64,000 bases of DNA. It comes from Leptospira sp. GTDB taxonomy: Bacteria > Spirochaetota > Leptospiria > Leptospirales > Leptospiraceae. Shown piece after piece: positions 1 through 9,511 of this stretch. The position numbers and the translations under genes are program-made. Each line of letters starts with the position of its first letter. Position 1 is the first letter of the stretch. The stretch covers positions 256,001-320,000 of the forward strand of contig JAWXAQ010000008.1 in the NCBI GenBank assembly GCA_034439575.1. The letters are read 5' to 3'. The notes beneath the pieces are model-generated. The model saw nothing but the letters and a program-made list of their open reading frames with translations. It did not search any database and was not told the origin of the DNA.

Positions 1-388
1 AAATATGATTTTCTATATTTGTTTCAGAACAAAGTAATATAGAGAGATATTCTAATTCTTCTTTTGAGAACTTTAATACTTGGTCCAGTTTTTCTTTTTC
101 TAAGTAATAAGGATAGTGATCCTCAGACTGATAGCCAAAATTTGCCATCTTGATATTGAAACCCATAGATTTTAATTGGTTGAGATCTCGATAAAGTTTT
201 TTACGATCTGAATCTATGTCATCATTGCGATAATGCCGAGGCATGATTTTCCTAAATTTTTGAAATGAGATTCCTTTTGGTTCCTTCATTAGGTTGAAAA
301 GAAGTGCAAAGAGACGAATTTCCGTATCATTCATCTTTTTCACATCAATCATGGGAAAATTGTCCTCTAGTTCGAGATCCTTTGGCAT
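1..388 (-). CDS. WYL-domain (PafB/PafC-like) transcriptional regulator, N-terminal winged-helix part; runs off the window start
   Basis: Not in the ORF track. Manual minus-strand translation from ATG at 388 gives MPKDLELEDNFPMIDVKKMNDTEIRLFALLFNLMKEPKGISFQKFRKIMPRHY...DRKKLYRDLNQLKSMGFNI...YPYYLEKEKLDQVLKFSKEELEYL, open to the edge. The 'RKKLYRDL..LKSMGF.I' and 'L.FS.EE..L' pattern matches the PafB/C-type HTH. The WYL domain itself would lie outside the window. Confidence 0.7.
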   Translation of the reverse strand, partial: MPKDLELEDNFPMIDVKKMNDTEIRLFALLFNLMKEPKGISFQKFRKIMPRHYRNDDIDSDRKKLYRDLNQLKSMGFNIKMANFGYQSEDHYPYYLEKEKLDQVLKFSKEELEYLSILLCSETNIENHI

Positions 389-453
389 ATACGATTCCAG
401 AATTAAGTTTTTTTTGATTCCGCAAAGTAGAAAATCTTAAATCTTGGAAAAGA

Positions 454-1215
454 ATGCGTTTTTGGCCATTTATACTCAGCTTAGTTTTCCTTTTTAATTG
501 TGCGACTTACTGGAAAAACCGTAAAAATGATTTATATGATGTAGTCACTATCGGAGTGGAAAAACCAATGTATGGCGCCGCTGTCAAATTTGGACCTCTA
601 CCAATTGGCCTATTATTTTTAGGTGGTGAAAGTGAGCTTGGGAAAAAAGATTTGGGTCGTGGGTTCGGCGTTAGGGGAGGGGCAATTGGCGGTTACCATT
701 CCCAGCAACTCGTATACACCTTCTTAGGTGGGGAGAGTTTTCTTCCAGGCGAACCTATCAAAGATGAAAAGGGCAATTGGATGGTTGATGAAAAAAAAAT
801 TCCTTTCGCAGAAGATGACCGTGCCAATATCAAAAGTTTTAAGATGCGTTATTTTAGTTATTTTAATGATCCAGTCAAAGAGCGAAAAAAACGAAAAAAG
901 GCCACTTTTCAAAGAGAGCTCACAAAGGATTTAGTGAGAGAAACGGGCAAAACAGAATTTCTCGTCTATTTACCGAAAGAGGATGAAAAGCCTTTTGGTT
1001 ATCCCGATGGTTTTTTATGGAATTTTGAAATTGTCGGTGGAATCTATGGTGGGGGAAGACTGGGATTTAACTTTGGTGAGATGGCAGATTTCCTGATAGG
1101 TTTTACCACATTAGATATGTACGACGATGATGTGGAGGGAAAGTCAAAACCAACATTTCCTGGTTTTCCTTTCCCCGCACCCACAACCACCGAAGGGGCA
1201 ACTAGCGAAGATTAA
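454..1215 (+). CDS. Putative lipoprotein, Leptospira-type hypothetical (possible outer-membrane adhesin family)
   Basis: 253 aa ORF with signal peptide and spirochaetal lipobox (LFNC); Gly/aromatic-rich beta-like segments. Confidence 0.65.
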   Translation: MRFWPFILSLVFLFNCATYWKNRKNDLYDVVTIGVEKPMYGAAVKFGPLPIGLLFLGGESELGKKDLGRGFGVRGGAIGGYHSQQLVYTFLGGESFLPGEPIKDEKGNWMVDEKKIPFAEDDRANIKSFKMRYFSYFNDPVKERKKRKKATFQRELTKDLVRETGKTEFLVYLPKEDEKPFGYPDGFLWNFEIVGGIYGGGRLGFNFGEMADFLIGFTTLDMYDDDVEGKSKPTFPGFPFPAPTTTEGATSED

Positions 1216-1580
1216 AGTTTGAAATCTTTTGCTGTGATTTTATTTTTAGGGTCAAAAGTTAACTTCAAAAATTTGAAAGTTTCAGGTTGTGCCGGTTTTT
1301 CTTTCAAAGTATAATACTGTTCAGGTACATCTAAGTCTTCAGCAAAATACCATGTCATCACTGAGCCTGTTGGGTCAGAAGATTTTTCAGTGGGTTTACC
1401 GACAAGAGCTTCCGTTTTAACCCAATTGTCACCGACTTTAATCAAATCGATTTCCAATTTACGAAGAGCAGTATGTGGATGAATTTTTGTACTAGTAGAT
1501 GTGACTTTATTTCCAGAAGAACAACCAACAAATGTTAGTATCACTAATATGTAAGAAAGAATGAGAATTGACTTTTTCAA
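1212..1580 (-). CDS. Small lipoprotein, SmpA/BamE-like fold suspected
   Basis: Lipobox FVGC; 'V...LVGKP.......W.Y....L.L.FD' pattern typical of SmpA/OmlA-like small lipoproteins. Confidence 0.6.
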   Translation of the reverse strand: MKKSILILSYILVILTFVGCSSGNKVTSTSTKIHPHTALRKLEIDLIKVGDNWVKTEALVGKPTEKSSDPTGSVMTWYFAEDLDVPEQYYTLKEKPAQPETFKFLKLTFDPKNKITAKDFKL

Positions 1581-1612
1581 AGTTCACCTCGGTTAAATTT
1601 TCTATTTATAAA

Positions 1613-2875
1613 TTAAAACAGGTGAGGGGAATTGGCAAGTGATATCTCTTCTCTTTCTTTCTCGACATGGTGAATTTTTGTCAGGATTTTTTTGAAAAAT
1701 GGGATGGTAAGTAGAACTAGAAAAATTTCAAGAAACCCAAAGAAAAAAGAGAGGGAAGGAAATGCATAATCGCTCGGAACATTAGCGACAAGGAAATTTT
1801 GAACATTCACTGAGACGATTGGTCCAAGCATAAAACCGAGGGAACCGATCCCAGTAAAGGCGGACATAGTTGTCGCGGTAAGACCTGGCTTAGACATTTT
1901 ACTTGCGAGTAACATAGAAGGCACAAACATCACTCCGGCACCTATTCCACATAACAATAAATAACTGAATAACACCCAGTATTCGGAAGTCGTCCCTGAA
2001 AGTCCTAAAAATAAACCATACATTGTTGATCCAACGAGCACAAGGGGTAAAACGCCTGTTTTACGAGAGAGCACTGCCGAAGGATAGGATAGTAGTGACA
2101 TAGGGAAGAGAACCAATCCCAAAAATAATCCAAGTGTTCCTGGATGAAATCCTAATGATTCTCTGAGATAAATATTAAATGATGAAATGATAAATCCTAC
2201 AGTAAATCGATCTATGAAATTAAAAAGGAAGGGAACAGCAAGGTATGGATTTTCGATGGCTGCACGTTTGAGGTGAGACCAATGGAATTTTTTTTGTTTG
2301 TGAATGCCTTTGTCTTTCAAATGCAAGAGACTGACGATTCCGACAAATATAAGAATACCACTTCCAACATAAAATGGTAATAATGGGTTTTTTCTCCCGA
2401 GTACTCCAAGTGGCATACCAAAGGCACCGCCTAGCGAAAGAAACATGCCAGTGATACCCATAAGTACACCTTTGCCATAATATTTTGTATTTGATGAATC
2501 ATTTTCTCTATCAGCGGCAGAGCTTAACAAAAGTCCGATTATAAATATATGTGATGCACCTTCCAAAAATCTTATGATCAAAAATAGATTCATGTCTTGG
2601 ACTAGAGTCAGCAAATAAAATAGAAAGGCGTCGAGGAAACAAAAACCTGCTATAAAATACTTTCGATTTTGGAATTTATCAGAAATAATTCCCGCAATAG
2701 GCGCAAATAAAAAGCTACCTAACATCGGTATGCTTGTAAAATAAGCGACTTCAAGATTCCCACCGAGTAATCGATCTTTGACGATTTCCTTGACTACCGG
2801 CACAATCATCGTGACCGGTATCATGGACAAAAATACTAAAGTAATTAATGTGTATGGGAAACTCAAATGAATCAA
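1613..2875 (-). CDS. MFS transporter, downstream of heme oxygenase
   Basis: 420 aa, about 12 hydrophobic segments, MFS motif A (GIISDKFQNRK) and 'RFLEG'. Confidence 0.9.
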   Translation of the reverse strand: MIHLSFPYTLITLVFLSMIPVTMIVPVVKEIVKDRLLGGNLEVAYFTSIPMLGSFLFAPIAGIISDKFQNRKYFIAGFCFLDAFLFYLLTLVQDMNLFLIIRFLEGASHIFIIGLLLSSAADRENDSSNTKYYGKGVLMGITGMFLSLGGAFGMPLGVLGRKNPLLPFYVGSGILIFVGIVSLLHLKDKGIHKQKKFHWSHLKRAAIENPYLAVPFLFNFIDRFTVGFIISSFNIYLRESLGFHPGTLGLFLGLVLFPMSLLSYPSAVLSRKTGVLPLVLVGSTMYGLFLGLSGTTSEYWVLFSYLLLCGIGAGVMFVPSMLLASKMSKPGLTATTMSAFTGIGSLGFMLGPIVSVNVQNFLVANVPSDYAFPSLSFFFGFLEIFLVLLTIPFFKKILTKIHHVEKEREEISLANSPHLF

Positions 2876-2878
2876 CCT

Positions 2879-3553
2879 TTATGGAACTAGTGCGAGATAT
2901 TTCTCAGTTCCTATATTTGATTTGAGGTCAGAATCTAATTCAACAAAAAGATCTTTATTCAGATCAAAAACTTTTTTTGCCTCGGCTAACAATTCTTCCT
3001 TTTGGGTTTCATTTAAAGGGAGAGTGTCGAGTGCCGTTCTATAAATTCCTTTAAAAGCTTGGTGGTCTGCAATGTTTGGGAATTCGTAAAATTGGGTTCC
3101 TTCGTTTTCATTTAACTGAAAGGTCCGAGCGACTACCTTTTTGATGGCTTGGCCACCAGAGAGGTCACCTAGGTAACGCACATAGGATTGAGCCGATAGA
3201 AGGTAGGGATTTGTTTTTGCCACATTTTGAATGTGTTCCACATAGGCTTTGGTTTTTGGCGATAAGGAACCTTTTAATTTTGTCCCGAATCGTTTTTGAA
3301 AATAAGCAATATCTTCTTTCAAGGCATCTTGGCGATTAAGTTCAGGATAATACAATTTGCTTAACACAGGATGGGATTTTTCGGCCGCAAAGAAAGATTC
3401 CATACATTCATAAATTGGTAAAAAACACTCCAATTGCGTCGTATACGTTTGAGGATCGAGACCGCCCTTAAAGATGGCACGAAGGTATGGGACTTTTTCG
3501 GTTTCCTGGTGTTTTTCTGCAGTTCCTTCTCGGAGCATCATAGCGATAGACAT
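2879..3553 (-). CDS. hemO: Heme oxygenase (biliverdin-producing)
   Basis: LREGTAEKHQETE (proximal His), PELNR..AL..D, YVRYLGDLSGGQ distal helix, FYEF, F.LN..LF. Confidence 0.95.
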   Translation of the reverse strand: MSIAMMLREGTAEKHQETEKVPYLRAIFKGGLDPQTYTTQLECFLPIYECMESFFAAEKSHPVLSKLYYPELNRQDALKEDIAYFQKRFGTKLKGSLSPKTKAYVEHIQNVAKTNPYLLSAQSYVRYLGDLSGGQAIKKVVARTFQLNENEGTQFYEFPNIADHQAFKGIYRTALDTLPLNETQKEELLAEAKKVFDLNKDLFVELDSDLKSNIGTEKYLALVP

Positions 3554-3584
3554 AATTTATTCCTCTTGGATCAAGTAAATATAT

Positions 3585-3599
3585 TGAGAATCAATCTCA
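3585..3599. promoter_or_regulatory. Fur/PerR-type 7-1-7 inverted repeat upstream of hemO
   Basis: TGAGAAT-C-AATCTCA versus the Fur consensus TGATAAT-N-ATTATCA, about 30 bp upstream of the hemO start. Confidence 0.6.
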
Positions 3600-3603
3600 G
3601 AAA

Positions 3604-3619
3604 TGACAGTACTGTGACA
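3604..3619. promoter_or_regulatory. HemR-type (OmpR/PhoB family) binding box TGACA-N6-TGACA
   Basis: Exact TGACA GTACTG TGACA upstream of hemO, matching the motif described for Leptospira HemR. Confidence 0.75.
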
Positions 3620-3664
3620 ATCAACCGAAAGTAAAGAAATTTTTTTTCGGCAATCTTTGTAGAA

Positions 3665-4735
3665 TTATGGATACAGGATGGAGGAGAGGAAGAAGATCAT
3701 CAAACTAACAACGAGGCCTAAAGTAGCAAGGAACACATCTTTGGCGACCTTTCGAAACGTATCTAAATAGGGAAGATCTCTATACGTTAAAACATTTAAT
3801 ATAATTTCTCTTCCTGCCAAAAGCCCCAAAAATACCCAAGTGGTTGACATAGGTATATTGCTTATAAATTGAAATACGAATAATATTGTTCCATAAACTA
3901 TATCTACGATTGTTGCCGCTTTTGCCCATTTGATATCAGATTTTTCAGATACAACTTGTTGAATGGTTCCGCCATTTGTTCTGATGATGACAAATAAGGC
4001 GATAAGTATGAGGCCGACTGCTCCGAGAAATTCACCAAACAGAAGTTTTCTGGGAAGAAATACTGCAATGTTTGCTGTATCTTGCAACAACCATGCGATC
4101 CAAAGGTAAATAGTTGATGCCCACTGGTATCTAGACCAACGAAGTTCAGACATTGGGTCTGGCGTATGTTCTTCGTTATATTCATGTGGATCAATTTTCG
4201 CAAGGATCGCCCAAACAATAATTGCACCAAAAAAAGCGATCCCATAACCAAAAAATGATTTTGTGAGCATCTTTTCTATGGATTGTCCACTAAACAATCC
4301 CAAGACGAGAAAGGTAGTCGAAACTGGCGCGCGTAACCTTGTAATTACAACTAAGATAACAGGCGATAATAACTGAATTAGATTGAAATTTGAGACTTCG
4401 GATATTGAGTCAAGTCTTCGAAAATGAATTTCACCTTCATGAAGAAACCAACCAATAAAATGAACGATAACGAGAAGAAAACCAAGTACAAATACTTTGT
4501 GTAACCAATGAACGGACTTTTTACTTTCGATAAATGTCCCAACAGTTTGTACGGCATCGTTTCCTGCGACTGAAAATGCAGCGATGGCAAAGGATAACCA
4601 TCCCAACCAATAGAGAGGAACTCCAAAAAAATATCCTAAACAGATAAAGGTAACAAGTAAGATGATCCCTGAGAAAAACCTTACTTGGTCCTTGAAACTT
4701 GGATGTTGGTAATCAATGTCCTCTCTCTGGTTCAT
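3665..4735 (-). CDS. Polytopic membrane protein, PiT (inorganic phosphate transporter)-like
   Basis: Multiple TM segments; [18 protein letters not shown] and [14 protein letters not shown] resemble the duplicated PiT signatures (GANDVAN, PVSTTH). Confidence 0.6.
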   Translation of the reverse strand: MNQREDIDYQHPSFKDQVRFFSGIILLVTFICLGYFFGVPLYWLGWLSFAIAAFSVAGNDAVQTVGTFIESKKSVHWLHKVFVLGFLLVIVHFIGWFLHEGEIHFRRLDSISEVSNFNLIQLLSPVILVVITRLRAPVSTTFLVLGLFSGQSIEKMLTKSFFGYGIAFFGAIIVWAILAKIDPHEYNEEHTPDPMSELRWSRYQWASTIYLWIAWLLQDTANIAVFLPRKLLFGEFLGAVGLILIALFVIIRTNGGTIQQVVSEKSDIKWAKAATIVDIVYGTILFVFQFISNIPMSTTWVFLGLLAGREIILNVLTYRDLPYLDTFRKVAKDVFLATLGLVVSLMIFFLSSILYP

Positions 4736-5514
4736 TCACTCATGTAGTGTTTCGCATATCTCTCCGTAATTTCTTTGCGATCAAAGAGAATAAACACATC
4801 CGTAGTACCAAAAACAGAATCTAATGCTGGAGTGCCACAGATTTTAGCACCAATTCGAATGTAACCTTTTAAAAGTGGAGGGATATTTTTTGAGATAGCT
4901 TTGAGATCCTGAATCACAAAATTTTCTGAAAAACCAGGCAATACATTATCTGGATTTGGATAAACTCGAAATTCAGCAGGAGCAAGAGCTTCTTTTTCTT
5001 TTAAAAATGCGTATGATTGTGATGCAATTTCTGGATCAGTAGAATGGATTGATCCACATCCCATCAAATAACGCACGTTATTTTTGATCATAAATTCTGC
5101 AAGACCTTGCCATAAAAGTGAAATCACTGAACCATCCCGATAGTCAGGGTGCACGCAACTTCTTCCCACTTCAGCAATCTCATCTGGTAAATTGTAGATG
5201 GATGTGATATCAAATTCGTTTTCGCTATAAAAACCGATTCCTTCTTTGGCAACTTTTCTAGTTAATATGCGATAGGTGCCGACAATTTTTTCTTCGAAAG
5301 ATTTATCGATGACGATTAGGTGATCACAATACAAATCGTATTCATCTCTATCCTTTCTCGTTGCAGAGGATTGAGGAAGACCCTCACCCATTTCTAAGTT
5401 AAAAACATCATAACGAAGAGCGAGTGCTCTTTCGATTTCTAATTGGTTTTGTGCGATTCGTACTTCTAGAACTCGCTCTTTTTTGTTAATTGTAGGACTG
5501 GAATTTGCTTTCAT
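4732..5514 (-). CDS. GNAT N-acyltransferase, OlsB (L-ornithine N-acyltransferase)-like
   Basis: [83 protein letters not shown] at 5514 has an upstream AAGGAAG; the ORF track start is TTG at 5547. Confidence 0.85.
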   Translation of the reverse strand: MKANSSPTINKKERVLEVRIAQNQLEIERALALRYDVFNLEMGEGLPQSSATRKDRDEYDLYCDHLIVIDKSFEEKIVGTYRILTRKVAKEGIGFYSENEFDITSIYNLPDEIAEVGRSCVHPDYRDGSVISLLWQGLAEFMIKNNVRYLMGCGSIHSTDPEIASQSYAFLKEKEALAPAEFRVYPNPDNVLPGFSENFVIQDLKAISKNIPPLLKGYIRIGAKICGTPALDSVFGTTDVFILFDRKEITERYAKHYMSE

Positions 5515-5562
5515 GGAGGAACTTCCTTTTTTTTTTCTATGCTTCAAGGTAGTTCTTCTCCG

Positions 5563-5589
5563 TTACAGGCTCATGACAAAACTGTGAAA
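5563..5589. promoter_or_regulatory. Triple 11-bp-phased direct repeat (Pho-box/HemR-like)
   Basis: TTACA-N6-TGACA-N6-TGAAA on the + strand; on the coding strand it reads ATTTCAC-N4-TTGTCAT-N4-CTGTAAC. Confidence 0.5.
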
Positions 5590-5603
5590 TTTAGACGATC
5601 TTT

Positions 5604-8405
5604 CTAATGTGCTTCGTCCCAATTTTTCCCAAATTTCCCTTCCACGGTAACTGGTACTAAAAGTTTTAAAGCAGATTCCATTTCTTTTTTCGCCATGTCA
5701 AAAAATTCTTTTTTCTCAGATGTATGAACTTCAAATACAAGTTCATCATGTACTTGTAATATGATTCTAGACTTTAACTTACTCGAATCAATTTTATTTT
5801 GAATGTTGATCATCGCAATTTTGATCATATCCGCAGAAGTACCTTGGATAGGGGAGTTGATTGCCACTCGTTTGGCTGCTTCACTAGCCATCTTATTTGT
5901 GGAATTGATATCAGGAAGATAACGTTTACGCCCTAACATCGTTTCTACGTATCCATTTTCTTTGCAAAATTTTACAGTAGAATCCATATAAGATTCCACT
6001 CCCTTGTACTGTTCAAAGTATTTATCAATAAATTCTTTGGCTTCTTTTCGTGAAACTTTGAGATTGTTTGAAAGGCCAAAAGAAGTTACACCATAGATGA
6101 CAGAAAAATTTACGATTTTGGCTTTGTTTCGCATTTCGGGTGTTACATCTTTTTCTTTAACACCATATAAACCAGCGGCTGTTATTTTATGAATGTCAGC
6201 ACCGGTTTTGTAAGCTTCCACCATATTTGGGTCTTTGGAAAAATGAGCCATAATACGAAGTTCGATTTGGCTATAATCCAAAGATAAAATTTCAAAACCT
6301 GGGCTTGTAATAAAACCTTTTCGTAACAATCTTCCTTCTTCATCTTTGATGGGAATATTTTGTAAATTGGGGTTTGTAGAAGATAGTCTCCCTGTTGCGG
6401 CAATGGTTTGATTGTAACTGGTGTGAATCCGCCCTGTCTTCGCATTGATAAGTGTAGGCAATGTATCTGAATACGTAGATTTTAATTTAGAAAATTTGCG
6501 TATGGCGAGTAGGTCATCAATGATTGGATGGGTTCCTATCAGAGATTCCAGAACTGAGTGGTCAGTGGAAAATCCAGTTTGTGTTTTTTTCTCAGCGGGC
6601 AGTCTCAAATCTTCAAACAATACAACTTGCAATTCCTTCGTAGAATTTACGTTAAATGTTCTGCCTGCATAAAAATGAATATTTTTTTCATGTTCTTTGA
6701 TTTTTGCATCAAAGATTTTTGAAAGACCTTCGAAGTATTTTGGTTCGACAAGGATTCCTTGAAATTCCATACGAGAAAGAACATCTAACAAAGGCATTTC
6801 AAGTTTTGAAAAAATTTCTGCTTTGTCTGTTTCTTTTATTTTTTTAGCAAGTAATTCATAGAGTTGAAAGGTGATATCCGCATCTTCACAAGCATAGTCG
6901 GAAACCAAATCAGGATCAACATCATATAAAAATTGTTTCTTTTTGCCAGTGCCAACTAATTCATCATAGGTAATGGTTTTGTAGTTTAAATAATCCACCG
7001 CCATATCATCCATATTATGGCGTCGTTCTCCTGGTTTTAAGATATAAGATGCTATCATGGTATCAAAATTGATTCCTGAAAGTTCAACATCATAATTTCG
7101 AAAAACCAATAAATCATATTTAATATTTTGACCAACCTTGAGAATTTTTGGATTTTCTAATATGGGTTTAACTATTTTTAATACTTCCTTTAAATCAGGA
7201 AGTGTATGCGAATAAATAGATTCGGGATGTCCAATCGCCACATAATAAGCTATATGTGGTTCGGAACAAAATGAAATTCCGAGTAAATCTGCATTCATCG
7301 GATCGGAGGAAGTAGTTTCCGTATCGACAGATAAAATTTTCTTGGATTCTAATTTGGTGATAATTTTTTTTAATTCATCAATCGTTTTTATGCGAATGTA
7401 TTTTTGTTTGTCACTTTTCAGGCGTAAGTCGCCATCGGATTTCTCGGAAACTTCTTCTATCGCATCTGCTTTATTTTTTGATGATTTACTTTTTTTTGCT
7501 GGGGCTTTATCACTTTCATCAAGTGTGATTCCTGCTTGTTTTGCGAGATCCCTATGCAAAACATTATAACCTTTTTCTTTGAAATAATGAACTTTGGTCG
7601 GATCAAAATAATTTGGAACTTTTAAGTCGTTTTTCTTAATATCTAACTTTAAATTGGTGACAATTGTTGCCAATTTTCTAGAGAGGAATGCATTTTCTTT
7701 ATCATTTTTTAATTTATCAATGAGTCCTTTATTTTTTAACTTATCTACATTTTTATATATAGTTTCCAGATTTCCATATTCTTGAATCAAAGTCGCGGCA
7801 CCCTTTTCGCCAACTCCTTTGACTCCAGGAATATTATCAGAAGTATCTCCAACAAGACCCATATAATCGGTCACTTGTTCTTTAGTGATCCCAATATTTG
7901 TTTTGACCCATTCTGGATTGATATGTTCAAATTCAGAAACGCCTTTTTTACCACGTAACATATGTATGTTTTTATCGAGGACTTGGTATAGATCTTTATC
8001 TGAAGAAAGAATAACGATTTGATCAAAATCCTTTGCAAATTTTTTACAAAGTGAACCTATGATATCATCTGCTTCGATTCCATCAAGTTTGTACATAGGG
8101 AACTCAAGTGCAGAAATCATTTCATATATTTCTTTGAGTTGCGGTTTTAGATCTTCTGGCATCGGTTTGCGTTGTGCCTTATATGCCTCATACATATCAT
8201 TGCGATGCAGACGGGTACCAGGATCAAAAGTAAACGCAATATGGGAAACTTTTTCGTCTTGTAATAATTTAAATAACATCCTCCAAAATCCAAACACAGC
8301 TCCGCTAGGAAGTCCAGTGATCGAATTTTTAAGATTAGATGCAGCAAATGCGAAGTAGGCGCGGAATGCCAAAGCATGACCGTCAATGATGAGGAGTCTG
8401 TTCAT
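5604..8405 (-). CDS. polA: DNA polymerase I
   Basis: 5'-3' exonuclease (LIIDGH..AFRAYFA, EADDIIG), 3'-5' exonuclease (DTETT, GQNIKYD, YACEDAD) and polymerase motifs DYSQIELR, KIVNFSVIYG, LQVHDELVFE. Confidence 0.98.
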   Translation of the reverse strand: MNRLLIIDGHALAFRAYFAFAASNLKNSITGLPSGAVFGFWRMLFKLLQDEKVSHIAFTFDPGTRLHRNDMYEAYKAQRKPMPEDLKPQLKEIYEMISALEFPMYKLDGIEADDIIGSLCKKFAKDFDQIVILSSDKDLYQVLDKNIHMLRGKKGVSEFEHINPEWVKTNIGITKEQVTDYMGLVGDTSDNIPGVKGVGEKGAATLIQEYGNLETIYKNVDKLKNKGLIDKLKNDKENAFLSRKLATIVTNLKLDIKKNDLKVPNYFDPTKVHYFKEKGYNVLHRDLAKQAGITLDESDKAPAKKSKSSKNKADAIEEVSEKSDGDLRLKSDKQKYIRIKTIDELKKIITKLESKKILSVDTETTSSDPMNADLLGISFCSEPHIAYYVAIGHPESIYSHTLPDLKEVLKIVKPILENPKILKVGQNIKYDLLVFRNYDVELSGINFDTMIASYILKPGERRHNMDDMAVDYLNYKTITYDELVGTGKKKQFLYDVDPDLVSDYACEDADITFQLYELLAKKIKETDKAEIFSKLEMPLLDVLSRMEFQGILVEPKYFEGLSKIFDAKIKEHEKNIHFYAGRTFNVNSTKELQVVLFEDLRLPAEKKTQTGFSTDHSVLESLIGTHPIIDDLLAIRKFSKLKSTYSDTLPTLINAKTGRIHTSYNQTIAATGRLSSTNPNLQNIPIKDEEGRLLRKGFITSPGFEILSLDYSQIELRIMAHFSKDPNMVEAYKTGADIHKITAAGLYGVKEKDVTPEMRNKAKIVNFSVIYGVTSFGLSNNLKVSRKEAKEFIDKYFEQYKGVESYMDSTVKFCKENGYVETMLGRKRYLPDINSTNKMASEAAKRVAINSPIQGTSADMIKIAMINIQNKIDSSKLKSRIILQVHDELVFEVHTSEKKEFFDMAKKEMESALKLLVPVTVEGKFGKNWDEAH

Positions 8406-9511
8406 TTGATTTTTTTTCCGTAAAGAGAATCGCCAATTAACGAGAAGTATACGAGTTTTGTTTTTTGTGTGGTGTTGTGATATGAAAATCTATTTACAGA
8501 ATGTTTGTTATATGCCCCAAAACTGATTCTTTTCTCTTCTGAGGCTAATAAGTTTTCAAAATGGTTTGCAAGTAAACTTGAATCTCCTACATCAGCAAGT
8601 AAAGCACCGCTATTGTCATTTAACATTTCAGCGATACCTCCACCCCGAGTCGCGACGATTGGCAATCCAGCGGCCATAGCATCTAAAACAGAAGTTCCAA
8701 GCCCTTCTTCTTTAGATGTTAAAGTGAAAATATCAAACAAGGAAAGTAATTCTGGGATATCTTTCCTGTAACCAGTAAAAATAATTTTATCGTCTAAATT
8801 AAGTTCTTTGGTTAAATTACGTAATTTTTTTTCCAATTTTCCTTCACCAACGATCATGAGTTTGTAAGATACTTCGGTATTTATTTTTGAAAGAGAACGA
8901 ATCAAAGTATCTTGGTCTTTATGATCCACAAGAGCCGCGATATTACCAATGATAAGAGTTTTTTTAGGAATAGAAAATTCTTCTCTAAGGGAGTTCGACT
9001 GCGGAAGTTTGGCGAAGCGTTTTGTATCAATGCCCGAATATACTGTAATGAGTTTTTCTGGACTGATTCCAGCTTCCATCATGATGGATCTAATTTTCTG
9101 AGAGACTGGAAGGAAATAATCAATCGCATCATGATTGTATTTCCATTTTGAAAATAAACTGCGCGCAGGTTTAAAATCAACTCGTCTTGAAACTACCAAA
9201 GGGATTTTGAGATGTTTTCTTTTGGCAAGCAATGCTAATGTATGAGCGTGACCTGTATGCGTATGAATCAGTGAAACTTTATTTTGAATTGCCAATTGAC
9301 GAATTTGACGGACAGCTCGAAAATCCCATTCACCACGCATCTCCACTGGGAAAAAGGGAATGCCTTCGTTTTGACATCTCTCTTCCAGAGGTGTACCTGG
9401 ATTTCCAATGACAGCTTGCTCAATTTTTTCTGCGGCCAATCCTTGAGAAAGATAGAATAACTGTTGTTCGCCGCCTCGCCATTCGCGAGAAGTGTTTATA
9501 TGTAAGATCAA
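8402..9511 (-). CDS. Glycosyltransferase family 4 (GT-B)
   Basis: WRGGEQQ N-terminal motif; EGLGTSVLDAMAAGLPIVAT..GGI.E signature. Confidence 0.93.
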   Translation of the reverse strand: MILHINTSREWRGGEQQLFYLSQGLAAEKIEQAVIGNPGTPLEERCQNEGIPFFPVEMRGEWDFRAVRQIRQLAIQNKVSLIHTHTGHAHTLALLAKRKHLKIPLVVSRRVDFKPARSLFSKWKYNHDAIDYFLPVSQKIRSIMMEAGISPEKLITVYSGIDTKRFAKLPQSNSLREEFSIPKKTLIIGNIAALVDHKDQDTLIRSLSKINTEVSYKLMIVGEGKLEKKLRNLTKELNLDDKIIFTGYRKDIPELLSLFDIFTLTSKEEGLGTSVLDAMAAGLPIVATRGGGIAEMLNDNSGALLADVGDSSLLANHFENLLASEEKRISFGAYNKHSVNRFSYHNTTQKTKLVYFSLIGDSLYGKKIK

